Of a DNA stretch of 64,000 nucleotides, positions 21,106 through 31,318 are shown piece after piece. Positions within the stretch are counted from its first letter, which is position 1; each line of letters begins with the position of its first letter. The translations under genes were made by a program, and so were the position numbers. The notes below the pieces were generated by a model. The model worked only from the letters and a program-made list of their open reading frames with translations, made no database searches and was not told the DNA's origin. This DNA comes from Polyangia bacterium (lineage in GTDB: Bacteria; Myxococcota_A; Polyangia; JAAYKL01): positions 700 to 64,699 of the forward strand of contig JBNLED010000235.1 of assembly GCA_050304755.1 (NCBI GenBank), in the 5' to 3' direction.

Positions 21106-24100
21106 TCAACCTTCGCAAACGCCCGCGTCGGCATCCTCGTCCGCAGGCTCATCCCCCTCCTGTCCGCTTCCCTCGTCCTTGTCCGAAGGAAGATCTTTCT
21201 CCTCGGCGGCCGGGATCTCATCGGCCTCCGCGGGCTCGGACAACTGCGCTGCCGCATCCCCGACGGTCCCGTCCGTCGTTACGCTTCCCAGTGAGAGGCG
21301 CTTCCAGAGAAAGTAGATAGCCGGGATGATGACCAGGGTCAGGATGGTGGAGGAGACCATGCCGCCCACCATGGGCGCGGCGATGCGCTTCATGATTCTC
21401 GTGCCGGTCTCGGTGCCGAACATGATGGGCAGAAGCCCGATGGTGGTGGTCGTCACCGTCATGAGCTTTGGGCGTAGGCGATCCACGGCGCCCTCGATGA
21501 CGATGGCCTTGAGGTCGGAGAGCGTGTGGAGACGCCCCTCGGCACGCCAGCGATCATAGGTTTCGTCGAGGTAGACCAGCATCACCACCCCGGTCTCTGC
21601 GGCGAGCCCGGCCAGCGCGATGAACCCGACCGCCACCGCCACCGATACGTTGAAGTCGAACCAGTAGAGCAGCCAGACCCCGCCCACCAGGGCGAAGGGG
21701 AGGGTCAGCATCACGATGGTCGTCTCGGTGGCGTTCCTGAAGTGCAGAAACAAGAGCACGAAGATGAGGGCGAGGGTAATCGGGACCACCGTCATCAACC
21801 GCTTGTTCACCCGCTCCATGTACTCGTACTGGCCCGACCAGACGATGGAGACCCCCTCGGTGCGGCCGAGCTTGTCGGCGAGCAGCTTCTTGGCCGTCTC
21901 CACGTAGCCCCCCACATCGGCGGTCTTGAGATCCACGAAGATCCAGGCGGTCCGACGGGCGTTCTCGCTCTTGATCATCGGCGGGCCCTTGCTGATGCTG
22001 ACATCGGCCACCTGGGCCAGCGCCACCCCGTGCCCCATGGGGGTCGGTACGGTGAGCTCTTTGAGCTTCTCCACATTGTTTCGAAGCTCCCGCGGGTATC
22101 GCACGTTGATCGGATACCGTTCCAGCCCCTCCACCGTCTTGCTCACATTCATGCCGCCGATGGCGCTGCGGACCACGCGTTGCACGTCCCCCACCGTCAG
22201 GCCGAACCGCGCCGCGTCCTGCCGCCGAATATCGATGTCGACGTAGTTCCCCCCGACGACCCGTTCCGAGTAGACCGACGCCGTGTCTTTCAGCTCCCTG
22301 AGGAGCGCTTCGATTTTCTGCCCGATCTCCGAGAGCTGCTCCAAGTCGTCCCCCATCAGCTTGATGCCCACCGGGGTCTTGATCCCGGTGGCGAGCATAT
22401 CGATGCGGGTCTTGATGGGCATGGTCCAGGCGTTGGTGAGGCCCGGAAACTGTATCATCCCGTCCAGCTCCTTGATGATATCCTCGATGGTCTTTCCCTC
22501 GGGCCAGGTCTCGGGATCATCGAGCTGAATCACCGTCTCGATCATCGACAAAGGCGCCGGATCGGTGGCGGTCTCGGCCCGGCCGATCTTGCCGAGCACG
22601 TGCTTTACCTGGGGATGGGAGGCGATGAGCTTGTCGGTCTGCTGCAGCAGCTCCTTGGCCTTGGTAATGCTGATGCCGGGGGGCGTGGTGGGCATGTAGA
22701 GCAGGTCTCCCTCGTTGAGGGGCGGCATGAACTCACTGCCGAGCTGCGTATACGGCCACACGGAAGCCGCGGTTACCCCAATCGCCAGCAGGATCGTCGC
22801 CACGGGAAACCGGAGCACGAGGCGGATGATCGGCTTGTAGATCCAGATGAAGAAGCGGCTCAAGGGGTGTTTTTTCTCGCTGAGCATCTTGCCCCTGACG
22901 AAGTAGAACATCAGCACGGGGATGATGGTGATGGCCAGGACAGAGGACGCGGCCATGGCGAAGGTCTTGGTGTAGGCCAGCGGTCTGAAGAGCCGGCCTT
23001 CCTGCTGCTCCAGGGTAAAAACCGGCAGGAAGCTCACGGTGATGATGAGTAGCGAAAAGAAGAGCGCCGGGCCCACCTCCTGGGCCGCCTTGATGACCAT
23101 CTCCTGGTGGGTGAGCCCCGAGTCCCGCTCCCGGTGCTTGTGGAGGTTCTCCACCATCACCACCGAGGCGTCCACCATCACCCCGATGGCGATGGCGATT
23201 CCCCCGAGGCTCATGATGTTGGCATTGATGCCGATAAGCCCCATCACGAGAAAGCTGAGCAGGATGCCCGCGGGCAGGGTGATGATCGCCACCAGGGCGG
23301 AGCGCACGTGGAGCAGAAACAATATGATCACGATGGCGACGACGATCATCTCCTCCACGAGCTTGGTCTTCAGCGTGTCGATGGCCTTGCCGATGAGCGT
23401 TGATCGATCATAGGAGGTGTGAATCCGGATGCCCTCCGGCAACCCCTTCTTGAGCTCTTCGAGTCGTTGCTTGACCCGCTGGATGACCTCCAAGCCGTTC
23501 TCGCCGAATCGCATGACGATGATACCGGAGACCGCCTCGCCTTTGCCCCCCATCTCGATGATCCCGCGCCGGATGTCCGGCCCGATGCCGATCTCCGCGA
23601 CCTGGGAGAGCATGATGGGGGTGTGGGTTTCGACGTCCACCCCTACCGGGATGTTCCGGAGATCGTCCAAAGAGCGAATATATCCCTTGCCTCGGACCAT
23701 GAACTCTGTCTCCGCCATCTCCAGCAGACGCCCCCCCACGTCGATGTTGGAATCCTTGATGGCCGTGTTGATCTGCTTGAGGGTGAGCCCGAACGCCCGC
23801 AGCTTCTCGGGATCCACCTCCACCTGGTACTGCTTTATGAACCCGCCCGCGCTCGCCACCTCGGCCACGCCGGGCAGGCTCATCAGCTCGTAGCGCAGGT
23901 ACCAGTCCTGGATGGAGCGGAGCTCGGCCAGGTCGTGTCGGTCCGACGTCAGCGTGTATTGATAGACCCACCCCACCCCCGTGGCGTCGGGACCCAGCTC
24001 CGGGGTGACCCCCTCCGGGAGCCTGCCCTGCACGACATTCAGGTACTCGAGCACCCGGGAGCGCGCCCAGTAGAGATCGGTGCCGTCCTCGAAGATGACA

Positions 24101-24381
24101 TACACCATGGAGAAGCCGAAGAACGAGTAACCGCGTACGGTCTTGGCATAGGGCACCGACAACATGGAGGTGGTGAGGGGATAGGTCACCTGGTCCTCCA
24201 CCACCTGGGGAGACTGGCCCGGGAACCGGGTGAAGACGATGACCTGCACGTCCGAAAGGTCGGGGATGGCGTCCACCGGCATGTTGAGCATGGCGGAGGC
24301 GCCCAAGGCCAGTACGACCATGGCGAGCACGATGACGAGGAAGCGGTTCTTGACGCTCTTCTCGATGATCCATTTAATCAT
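21106..24381 (-). CDS. cusA: CusA/CzcA family heavy-metal RND transporter
   Basis: DAIPDLSDVQVI, LGPDATGVGWVYQY, IGVMVD, EGDLLYMP, RLRPKLMT; Met residues typical of the Cu/Ag subfamily. Confidence 0.93.
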   Translation of the reverse strand: MIKWIIEKSVKNRFLVIVLAMVVLALGASAMLNMPVDAIPDLSDVQVIVFTRFPGQSPQVVEDQVTYPLTTSMLSVPYAKTVRGYSFFGFSMVYVIFEDGTDLYWARSRVLEYLNVVQGRLPEGVTPELGPDATGVGWVYQYTLTSDRHDLAELRSIQDWYLRYELMSLPGVAEVASAGGFIKQYQVEVDPEKLRAFGLTLKQINTAIKDSNIDVGGRLLEMAETEFMVRGKGYIRSLDDLRNIPVGVDVETHTPIMLSQVAEIGIGPDIRRGIIEMGGKGEAVSGIIVMRFGENGLEVIQRVKQRLEELKKGLPEGIRIHTSYDRSTLIGKAIDTLKTKLVEEMIVVAIVIILFLLHVRSALVAIITLPAGILLSFLVMGLIGINANIMSLGGIAIAIGVMVDASVVMVENLHKHRERDSGLTHQEMVIKAAQEVGPALFFSLLIITVSFLPVFTLEQQEGRLFRPLAYTKTFAMAASSVLAITIIPVLMFYFVRGKMLSEKKHPLSRFFIWIYKPIIRLVLRFPVATILLAIGVTAASVWPYTQLGSEFMPPLNEGDLLYMPTTPPGISITKAKELLQQTDKLIASHPQVKHVLGKIGRAETATDPAPLSMIETVIQLDDPETWPEGKTIEDIIKELDGMIQFPGLTNAWTMPIKTRIDMLATGIKTPVGIKLMGDDLEQLSEIGQKIEALLRELKDTASVYSERVVGGNYVDIDIRRQDAARFGLTVGDVQRVVRSAIGGMNVSKTVEGLERYPINVRYPRELRNNVEKLKELTVPTPMGHGVALAQVADVSISKGPPMIKSENARRTAWIFVDLKTADVGGYVETAKKLLADKLGRTEGVSIVWSGQYEYMERVNKRLMTVVPITLALIFVLLFLHFRNATETTIVMLTLPFALVGGVWLLYWFDFNVSVAVAVGFIALAGLAAETGVVMLVYLDETYDRWRAEGRLHTLSDLKAIVIEGAVDRLRPKLMTVTTTTIGLLPIMFGTETGTRIMKRIAAPMVGGMVSSTILTLVIIPAIYFLWKRLSLGSVTTDGTVGDAAAQLSEPAEADEIPAAEEKDLPSDKDEGSGQEGDEPADEDADAGVCEG

Positions 24382-24396
24382 GACAGGTATCCTCCG

Positions 24397-26493
24397 TCAG
24401 CGCTTCTTCTCCACGAGATCCATGCCGCACTTGGGACACGTGCCGGGGCCGTCCTGGACCACCTCCGGGTGCATGCCGCAGGTCCAGTAGGTATCGCCGC
24501 CGGCCCCCTTGCCATCGACCTTGTCGTCCGCCTGGTACTGGCCTTTCTTTTTTGACTGCAGACGCGCCGCCAACAGCTTGGACACCGCCTCCTGGAGCTG
24601 GCTTTCCGAATCGAGCAGGAACTGCCCGGAGACCACCACCTCCTCGCCCTTGGTGAGACCTTCCAGAATTTCGGTCTTGTGGTTGTCGGCCACAAGCCCG
24701 GTGACCACCTCCCGGGGTTCGTACTTGCCGTACCCCCTGACGACAAACACGATGCGCCGCTCCCCGGAGTGGAGCACCGCCTCGGAGGGCACCGTGACGG
24801 CGTGGTCCTTGCGTCGGGTCTCGATGCGCACAATGGCCAGCATTCCGGGTTTCAGGTCGATCCCGGGGTTCTCGAACTCCAGGCGGACTCGCAGGGTTCG
24901 CGATTTGCGGTTCAGGGTCGGGTAAACGTATGACACCGTTCCCTCCCACGCCTTGCCTTGCTGAGAGGTGAGCTCGATGGACGCCGGCTGCCCCACGGAG
25001 ATCCACGGGGCGTCGTACTCGTACACCTCGGTGTTCACCCAGATGCGGTCGAGATCGCCGATGCGGTAGAGATCGGCCCCGGAGTTCACGTGGGCGCCGA
25101 GCACGACATTTTTGTGAAGCACGTAACCCGAACGGGGGGCGTAGATGGTGAGGGTCTTCGAGGCCTTGCCGTCCGAGGCAATTCGCTTCAGATACCGGGG
25201 GCCGATGCCCCACAGCTCCATCCGCCGGGCCGCCGAGCGTGCCAGTCTTCCGTCCGGTCCCTCGGTGCGCACCGCGAGCAGGTACTCCTCCTGGGCCGCC
25301 ATCAGCTCCGGGGAGTAGACGTTGAAGAGCGGCTGCCCGCGCTTCACCTTCTGACCCGTTTCGTCCACGAAAATGCGCTCGATCCATCCGTTGAACCGGA
25401 GGTTGACGACGGAGACCTCGTCCTCGGCCACCTCCACCTCGCCGATGGTGCGCACGTGCCGGAAGATGGGACCGTGCGTGACCTTGGCCACCCGGACCCC
25501 CATGTTCTGCACCACCACCGGGTCAATCCGGATGGTCTTGCCATCATCCGAGGTCCCCGCGCTCTCATCCTCGTACACCGGCACCAGGTCCATGCCCATG
25601 GGGGACTTGCCAGGCTCGTCTCGAATGTAGGTCGGATCCATCGGCGCGACCCAGTATTTGATTTTTCTATCGCCGGATTTTCCCGAGGGGACCTCGGGGG
25701 ACGCGGTCCCGGCCGCCGGCTGTTTCCCGAGCATCTTCACGTACCGCTCTGGGTTCTTGTCGAATATCGGCTTGCACATGGCGCAACAGAAGACATAGGT
25801 CTTGCCCTGGTATTCGCTGCTCGCGGTTTCCTTCGTAACGGTAAAATCGTTCTGCATGACAGGACAGAACGCCTTGGTCCCCACCGGCGGCATCCCGTCG
25901 AAGCCGTTCACGTGGACGTGGTTCGCGTGTTCGTCCTCCGGCTGTTCGTGGGCATGACCATCGCGGGAGATCACTTCATCCTCCGCCGGACTCAGATACC
26001 TCTCCGGATCCGCGTCGAACTGCGGCTTGCAGCCCGGGCAACAGAAGACATAGTGCTTGCCCAGGTATTCGGAGTGCAGGGTGTTCTCGTTCACCTCGAA
26101 GACATTGCCCATCACCGGGCACTTGGCCCGGGTCCCGACCGCCGGTTTTTCGTCAAAGGCAATCGGCGCGGTCTCATCCCCGGCGCCGGCATCATGCGTT
26201 TTTCCGCTCGCTTCTACGGACGCCTGCGGCGGATGCGCCGCTTCCTTCTGGGTGCCGCGTCCCTCCGCCATGGGGACCAGATCCATCTTGCAGATGGGGC
26301 AGGTTCCCGGCGCCTCCTGAACCACGGTGGGATGCATGGGACAGGTGTACAGCGGGTGGTTCTCCGCGTTTTTTTCTTCGGTTGTTCCGGGCAGGAAATC
26401 GGGCTGCCCCAGTTGGAACGCCGTGAAAATCCCGCCTGCGACCAGCGCCAACAGCCCCGTGACGATTATCACCTTTTTCACTTTCCCACTCAT
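24397..26493 (-). CDS. cusB: CusB-like periplasmic adaptor with HMBD and two YHS domains
   Basis: YTCPMHP, two CPVM...YVFCC..CKP.FD YHS repeats, YWVAPMDP..PGKSPMGMDLVP, MFP core and a C-terminal WTCGMHP; ATGA overlap with the upstream gene at 26490-26493. Confidence 0.88.
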   Translation of the reverse strand: MSGKVKKVIIVTGLLALVAGGIFTAFQLGQPDFLPGTTEEKNAENHPLYTCPMHPTVVQEAPGTCPICKMDLVPMAEGRGTQKEAAHPPQASVEASGKTHDAGAGDETAPIAFDEKPAVGTRAKCPVMGNVFEVNENTLHSEYLGKHYVFCCPGCKPQFDADPERYLSPAEDEVISRDGHAHEQPEDEHANHVHVNGFDGMPPVGTKAFCPVMQNDFTVTKETASSEYQGKTYVFCCAMCKPIFDKNPERYVKMLGKQPAAGTASPEVPSGKSGDRKIKYWVAPMDPTYIRDEPGKSPMGMDLVPVYEDESAGTSDDGKTIRIDPVVVQNMGVRVAKVTHGPIFRHVRTIGEVEVAEDEVSVVNLRFNGWIERIFVDETGQKVKRGQPLFNVYSPELMAAQEEYLLAVRTEGPDGRLARSAARRMELWGIGPRYLKRIASDGKASKTLTIYAPRSGYVLHKNVVLGAHVNSGADLYRIGDLDRIWVNTEVYEYDAPWISVGQPASIELTSQQGKAWEGTVSYVYPTLNRKSRTLRVRLEFENPGIDLKPGMLAIVRIETRRKDHAVTVPSEAVLHSGERRIVFVVRGYGKYEPREVVTGLVADNHKTEILEGLTKGEEVVVSGQFLLDSESQLQEAVSKLLAARLQSKKKGQYQADDKVDGKGAGGDTYWTCGMHPEVVQDGPGTCPKCGMDLVEKKR

Positions 26494-27782
26494 CGGCTCA
26501 CCCCGCTTGCGTCGCTGCCCGCGACGGTTTCGATCTCTTTTCCAATCGTGGTTTCGATCTTTGCCTTCATCCGCCGGGTGGTCATTCGGGCCGAGTGAAT
26601 CGCTCGCTCGAACTCGATCAAATCGACCTCGGAGCGGTAGATGGAGAAGAAGTCCGCCCGATCGGTCTCGTACGCGAGCATCGCGGACTCCAGGGTTCTT
26701 TGGGCCGCGGGCACCAGCGTCTCCGAGTAGTTCTTTTCTTTCGAGTAGGCTCTCTGCCACGCGGCGAGGCTTCTTTCTATATCGGTCCCGATCTCGTCTA
26801 TCACCGCGCTCTTCTGATACTCGGTGGCCTTGGCCTGCTCCAGGTGCGCCGCTCGCTTCGCGTCCGTCGTGCCGAGGTAATCGAAGGGAATCGGAATGGC
26901 CGCGCCGATGGACATCTGGTCCGTGCCGTCATCCATGCCCACCTCCGCGCGAAATCGATAGCCGAGCCACACAGAGAAGTCCGGCCTTCGCTCATAGGCC
27001 GCCTGGTCCGCCGCGAGCCTCGACGCGCGCGCCCTCTCGTCCAGCGCGAACAACGCGGGACGGTTCTCCTTGGCCTCTGCGATGAGCGCGTCCAAGTCGG
27101 ATGGCGGGACGACCGACGTGGCGGCTTTCGGCGTGTCGATCTGGGTTCGAGGCCCCCTGTGGAGCGCGTTGTTGATCGACGCGGTGATCTCCCGAGCCTT
27201 CTTATCGAATTCCTCCAGCTCTTCGGTCAGCCGGTCTTTGAGCAGGGCCATGCGCAGCACGTCCTGCTGGTTGCCGCGGCCCACCTCGTATCTGAGGCGC
27301 ACGGATTCGAGGATCCTGTCCACGGCGGCGATGTGCTCCTCCGTCACCGCCTTCAGCTGTCGTACGAGGGTGAGCGACAGATAGCCCTCTTTCACGGCGC
27401 CCTTGAGCTGCACCGCCATCTCCTCCCGATCCATCTTCGTTGCCTTCGCCTCGGCCAGGGACACCGCCTCGCGTTTGTCGTTCTTGCCGGGGAAGGGAAA
27501 GGTCTGGGTCACCTTGAGCTGAATGCCGGTCATCGGGGAGTCGCCGAGCGCCCAGGAGTTCACGGGGAAGTTGGAGTACTCCACGGCCACCACCGGATCC
27601 ATCCACTTCTGCACCGCCTTGGACTTGTACTTCAGCGCTTCGACCTGCCTCTCCATGACCGAGAGCCTGGGGTTCACGCGGACCGCCTCCTCGGCGAGCG
27701 CGTTCAGGTCGTCCTCCGCCACACTCTGAAGCGGAGAGATGAGAATCAACAGAGCCCCCGTTATTACTGCTTTTCGTTTCAT
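26490..27782 (-). CDS. TolC/CusC family outer membrane efflux protein
   Basis: Signal peptide, QTFPFPGK, YEVGRGNQQDVL and AYETDRADFF; first gene of the RND operon. Confidence 0.85.
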   Translation of the reverse strand: MKRKAVITGALLILISPLQSVAEDDLNALAEEAVRVNPRLSVMERQVEALKYKSKAVQKWMDPVVAVEYSNFPVNSWALGDSPMTGIQLKVTQTFPFPGKNDKREAVSLAEAKATKMDREEMAVQLKGAVKEGYLSLTLVRQLKAVTEEHIAAVDRILESVRLRYEVGRGNQQDVLRMALLKDRLTEELEEFDKKAREITASINNALHRGPRTQIDTPKAATSVVPPSDLDALIAEAKENRPALFALDERARASRLAADQAAYERRPDFSVWLGYRFRAEVGMDDGTDQMSIGAAIPIPFDYLGTTDAKRAAHLEQAKATEYQKSAVIDEIGTDIERSLAAWQRAYSKEKNYSETLVPAAQRTLESAMLAYETDRADFFSIYRSEVDLIEFERAIHSARMTTRRMKAKIETTIGKEIETVAGSDASGVSR

Positions 27783-27907
27783 CGCAAAGCTCCCATCGGC
27801 CGTCCTGCGTTGTTGGGTTGTAAACCGGTTCGGTACAGCATCCTCATATGTTTGTTCTCGCTTCCATGTGGTGTGCCTTCCTCTCGACGCTCCGAACCAT
27901 CTTAAGG

Positions 27908-27923
27908 AGCAATAAGCGTGCCA
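27908..27923 (-). promoter_or_regulatory. sigma54 promoter for the cusCBA-like operon
   Basis: Minus strand TGGCACGCTTATTGCT, a consensus match. Confidence 0.85.
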
Positions 27924-27977
27924 CGGAGAGAGGTTCCGAGTTTTAAAGAGGTGTGACGATTCAAACGATATGAAGTA

Positions 27978-27989
27978 GAGAATATTCTC
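27978..27989. promoter_or_regulatory. 12-bp perfect palindrome between divergent sigma54 promoters
   Basis: GAGAATATTCTC. Confidence 0.3.
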
Positions 27990-28078
27990 AAACGCCTTTT
28001 AGACTATTGTTTATTCCCCCGTCGATGTCACCGGTGGTCTGTCGCGCTCGCGCTCGGAATCATTCGTTTGTCGAAGGA

Positions 28079-28094
28079 TGGCATGACGCTTGCT
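28079..28094 (+). promoter_or_regulatory. sigma54 promoter for the secreted YHS protein
   Basis: TGGCATGACGCTTGCT. Confidence 0.8.
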
Positions 28095-28154
28095 CGAAAT
28101 TGGGGACAGCATTGATAAGACCCGCGGAGACGCGGAATGACAAAGGAGAAGAAG

Positions 28155-28505
28155 ATGGTACGCACAATGTTATCTGCCATGGCGACCGGGGGCCTGCTCA
28201 CCGTTGGGCTTCTTCAAGGCGGCAACGCTTTGGCCGCCGAACACGGTCACCCCATGCATCATGGGGACCAACACGCCGCGGGCAAAGGTCATCACGGACA
28301 GGACAAAGGCGCGGCGAAGAGTGCCAAGAACGGGTTCAAGAAGAAACCCGCCGTTGGGACCAAGGCCAAGTGCCCGGTTATGGGCAACGAGTTCACGGTC
28401 TCGAAGGAGACCACGTTTTCGAAGTACAAGGGCAAGTACTACGCGTTTTGTTGCCCCGGGTGCAAACCGCAGTTCGACAAGACCCCGGAAAAATACTTGA
28501 AGTGA
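28155..28505 (+). CDS. Secreted His-rich YHS-domain protein (putative metal chaperone)
   Basis: AAGGAG RBS, signal peptide ending ALA, HGHPMHHGDQH, and a YHS domain KPAVGTKAKCPVM..YYAFCCPGCKPQFD. Confidence 0.8.
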   Translation: MVRTMLSAMATGGLLTVGLLQGGNALAAEHGHPMHHGDQHAAGKGHHGQDKGAAKSAKNGFKKKPAVGTKAKCPVMGNEFTVSKETTFSKYKGKYYAFCCPGCKPQFDKTPEKYLK

Positions 28506-28587
28506 CCCGAATGTCGATGTCGAGTCCCCTTCCCTCTTCTCATGAATCGAATCGCGCTCGAATCATTGACTGACAACCTCGGTCTCA

Positions 28588-29454
28588 TCAAGGTTTTTTG
28601 AAGACCAGAAAGACCTGGTACGGAAGCAGCTTCGCATGCTCCACCTCGAGCGAGAGCCCTGCTTTTGTGACCAGCGCCACGAGCTTTCCGCGAGGAATCT
28701 TCGCGGCCTCGGGGGGGCCCTCCGGTAAGTTCCCCTCTTTGAATTCGACGAGCGCGAGGCGCGCCCCGGGCTTCATCTGACCGACCAGCTTGGCGAGCCA
28801 CGCCTGGCGATCCGAGACGTGGTGGAGCACATCGCAGACAAACACGAGATCCGTGTCGGCCGTCACCCCCGGATCAGTCGGCGTGATGACCTTCGCCTCG
28901 ATGTTCTCGATGCCGCCCTCCATCGCCCGATGGTGGATATGCCTGACCATCTCGGGCTCCGTGTCCGCCGCGATGACGTTGCCCGCCGGCAGGGCCTCGG
29001 CGAAGCGGAAGCTGAAGTAACCGGAGCCGGCCCCGAGGTCGAAGACCGTCTCCGCGCCCTCCAATCCGAGGGCCGCCACTACCTCGTCGGGCTTCTGCCA
29101 CACGGCGCGGTCGGCGCGATCCAGAAAGGCGATGTACTTCTCGACGTCATCGAACGGCTTCAAGTGGGATGGATCTATACCCTGTTTTCGCAATGGGCAG
29201 TCTATCGGCGGATGTTCAGGGTCGTGCGTCTTGGGCTTCGCGGCAGTGGCGACCTGCTTGGCAGGGGGACTCTCGATTGATGTATTAGGAACCGAGTCAT
29301 GGGGGTTGCCGCCAACGGTCGAGTCGTTATTTTTGCACCCACTAACCATCAAGCCACAAACGAGCACGGCGACCCACCAGAGAGCAGGAGATGCCCCCCC
29401 AGATATCGGACCCCTCCCGCGCTTCGCAAGAACCGGAAATCGCTCCGTCAGCAT
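28588..29454 (-). CDS. Lipoprotein class I SAM-dependent methyltransferase
   Basis: Lipobox-like MVSGC; QKPDEVV, VFDLGAGSGYF and DLVFVCDVLHH. Confidence 0.8.
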   Translation of the reverse strand: MLTERFPVLAKRGRGPISGGASPALWWVAVLVCGLMVSGCKNNDSTVGGNPHDSVPNTSIESPPAKQVATAAKPKTHDPEHPPIDCPLRKQGIDPSHLKPFDDVEKYIAFLDRADRAVWQKPDEVVAALGLEGAETVFDLGAGSGYFSFRFAEALPAGNVIAADTEPEMVRHIHHRAMEGGIENIEAKVITPTDPGVTADTDLVFVCDVLHHVSDRQAWLAKLVGQMKPGARLALVEFKEGNLPEGPPEAAKIPRGKLVALVTKAGLSLEVEHAKLLPYQVFLVFKKP

Positions 29455-29572
29455 AGCGCTTCCTTCACTTCCTCGATGCCCATCCGGTCGACGAATTTCA
29501 CCATACGCTCTCGTTTCTCGGCGAGCTGCCGCCCACCACCAGGTTCCATCCGGTCTTCTTGCCGAAGACGCA

Positions 29573-31117
29573 TCACTTCAACCCCAAGCGCACGGCCAAG
29601 TGATGAAAGTTGCTGCGATGCATTCCGAGGGATCGGGCGGCCGAGGACCAGTTGCCCTGGTGTGTCGTCAGGGCTTGCCTTATCAGCGAGCGTTGGAAGT
29701 CACGCGTCGCTTCCTTGATATCGATGGGCGATGCCTCTGATTCCAGTGCGAATGCTTCCCTGGGCACGCTGCGCGTTACCCGAGCGAAATCCGAGCCGAG
29801 ATGTGCGATCGTAATGAGAACCGGCTCTCCCCGAGGGATACCTGCGGCGGCCTTGAGCGTCACCCGCGACAATACGTTCTCCAACTCTCTCACGTTTCCA
29901 GGCCAGGGGTAGGCCTTGAGTGCGTCGATGGCTTCCGGTTCCAGCCGTATCGGCCCGAGCCCCAGGCGGGTGCGGTTCAAATCGCAGAAGAACCCTGCGA
30001 GAAGGGGAACATCGTCCACACGCTCTCGAAGGGAAGGCACGCGGAGCGGATACACGTTGAGCCGATGAAACAGATCCGCGCGATAGTGTCCGGCGTTGAC
30101 TTCGGCCGCGAGGTCCCGGTTGGTCGCGGCAACGACACGCACATCGGCCGTGGTGATTCGGTCCGACCCGACCCGTTGGATTTCCCCCTGCTGCAAGGCG
30201 CGGAGGAGCTTGGGCTGCAAGGAGAGGGGCAGCTCGCCGATCTCGTCCAGAAACAAGGTGCCCTTGTCCGCCACCTCGAACTTGCCGGCGCGGTCGGCGG
30301 TGGCTCCGGTGAACGAGCCCCGGACATGACCAAAGAGCTCGCTGTCGGCGAGGCTCTCGGGCAGCGCCGCGCAGTTGACGTAGAGCATGGGCTCGTCTTT
30401 GCGCTTCGATGCCGCGTGCACCGCCGTGGCGACGAGCTCCTTGCCCACGCCGGTCTCTCCCATGATGAGGACCGTGAAGTCCGAGCGGGCGACGAGATCA
30501 ATGTCCTCCCTCAGACGCTGCATCAACTTCGTGGTGCCGATCATGTCGCTCCCTTGACGCAGCTTCACGTCTCGCATGAGATCCCGCGCGATCAAACCGC
30601 TCTTCTCCGCACTCTTCTCCAGGGCTTCAATCAGATGGGTCGTTCGCATCTCCGCCGCCGCCAGGGCCCCGATGGCGGCGAGGAAGCGTTGGTCGATATC
30701 ATCGAACGCGTTTGGTTGTACGGCGTCGGCGGTCAACGCGCCGATGAGCTCATCACCAATCCGAAGCGGACACCCGAGGCAGGCGTGGACATGGGTGAAC
30801 CCACCCTCGTCACCGAGCAACCCGTCGAAGGGGTCCGGCAGGTTGCTGTCACTCGGGAAGAGCACGGGAGCCTCGGATCGGCAGATGATCTCCAGGCGAG
30901 GCTGCTCCTTCAGCCGGTACCGCCTTCCCATGGCGTCGGGTGACAGCCCCATGGAGACGATGGGAACGAGGGAGTCGCCCTCCAATCGGAGCAACGATGA
31001 CGCGTCGAAGGGAATGACCCGATGAAGTGCGTCCAGCAAACGTTCATATCGTTCCTCCGAAGAGAGGGCGGCGGTCAAATCCGAGGCTATGGCGACGATG
31101 GCTTCTAAGGGATCCAT
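29573..31117 (-). CDS. norR: NO-sensing sigma54 activator NorR
   Basis: GAF domain with [15 protein letters not shown] and TADA (Fe-ligand pattern of E. coli NorR); AAA+ [14 protein letters not shown]; C-terminal HTH. Confidence 0.9.
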   Translation of the reverse strand: MDPLEAIVAIASDLTAALSSEERYERLLDALHRVIPFDASSLLRLEGDSLVPIVSMGLSPDAMGRRYRLKEQPRLEIICRSEAPVLFPSDSNLPDPFDGLLGDEGGFTHVHACLGCPLRIGDELIGALTADAVQPNAFDDIDQRFLAAIGALAAAEMRTTHLIEALEKSAEKSGLIARDLMRDVKLRQGSDMIGTTKLMQRLREDIDLVARSDFTVLIMGETGVGKELVATAVHAASKRKDEPMLYVNCAALPESLADSELFGHVRGSFTGATADRAGKFEVADKGTLFLDEIGELPLSLQPKLLRALQQGEIQRVGSDRITTADVRVVAATNRDLAAEVNAGHYRADLFHRLNVYPLRVPSLRERVDDVPLLAGFFCDLNRTRLGLGPIRLEPEAIDALKAYPWPGNVRELENVLSRVTLKAAAGIPRGEPVLITIAHLGSDFARVTRSVPREAFALESEASPIDIKEATRDFQRSLIRQALTTHQGNWSSAARSLGMHRSNFHHLAVRLGLK

Positions 31118-31182
31118 TGTTGCGATCGATACAACAATGTTGCGTTATTCGCAACTTTCTTGCTGTTGTACATATAGCAACA
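31118..31182. promoter_or_regulatory. Three tandem 17-bp palindromes, candidate NorR enhancer sites
   Basis: GTTGCGATCGATACAAC (31119), GTTGCGTTATTCGCAAC (31139), GTTGTACATATAGCAAC (31165); consensus GTTGY-N7-RCAAC. Confidence 0.7.
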
Positions 31183-31220
31183 TATCTGAATAACCCACTG
31201 ATATGTATCACTATAGCTTT

Positions 31221-31236
31221 CGGCACACACCTTGCT
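31221..31236 (+). promoter_or_regulatory. sigma54 promoter for ric
   Basis: CGGCACACACCTTGCT. Confidence 0.75.
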
Positions 31237-31318
31237 CTTTCAGCTATTTGACGGTGAGACGCGCCGCGCAAAAAGAAGCTATGCGACCGGATGCCGGTCG
31301 ATGACAAGGAGGTCAGAC

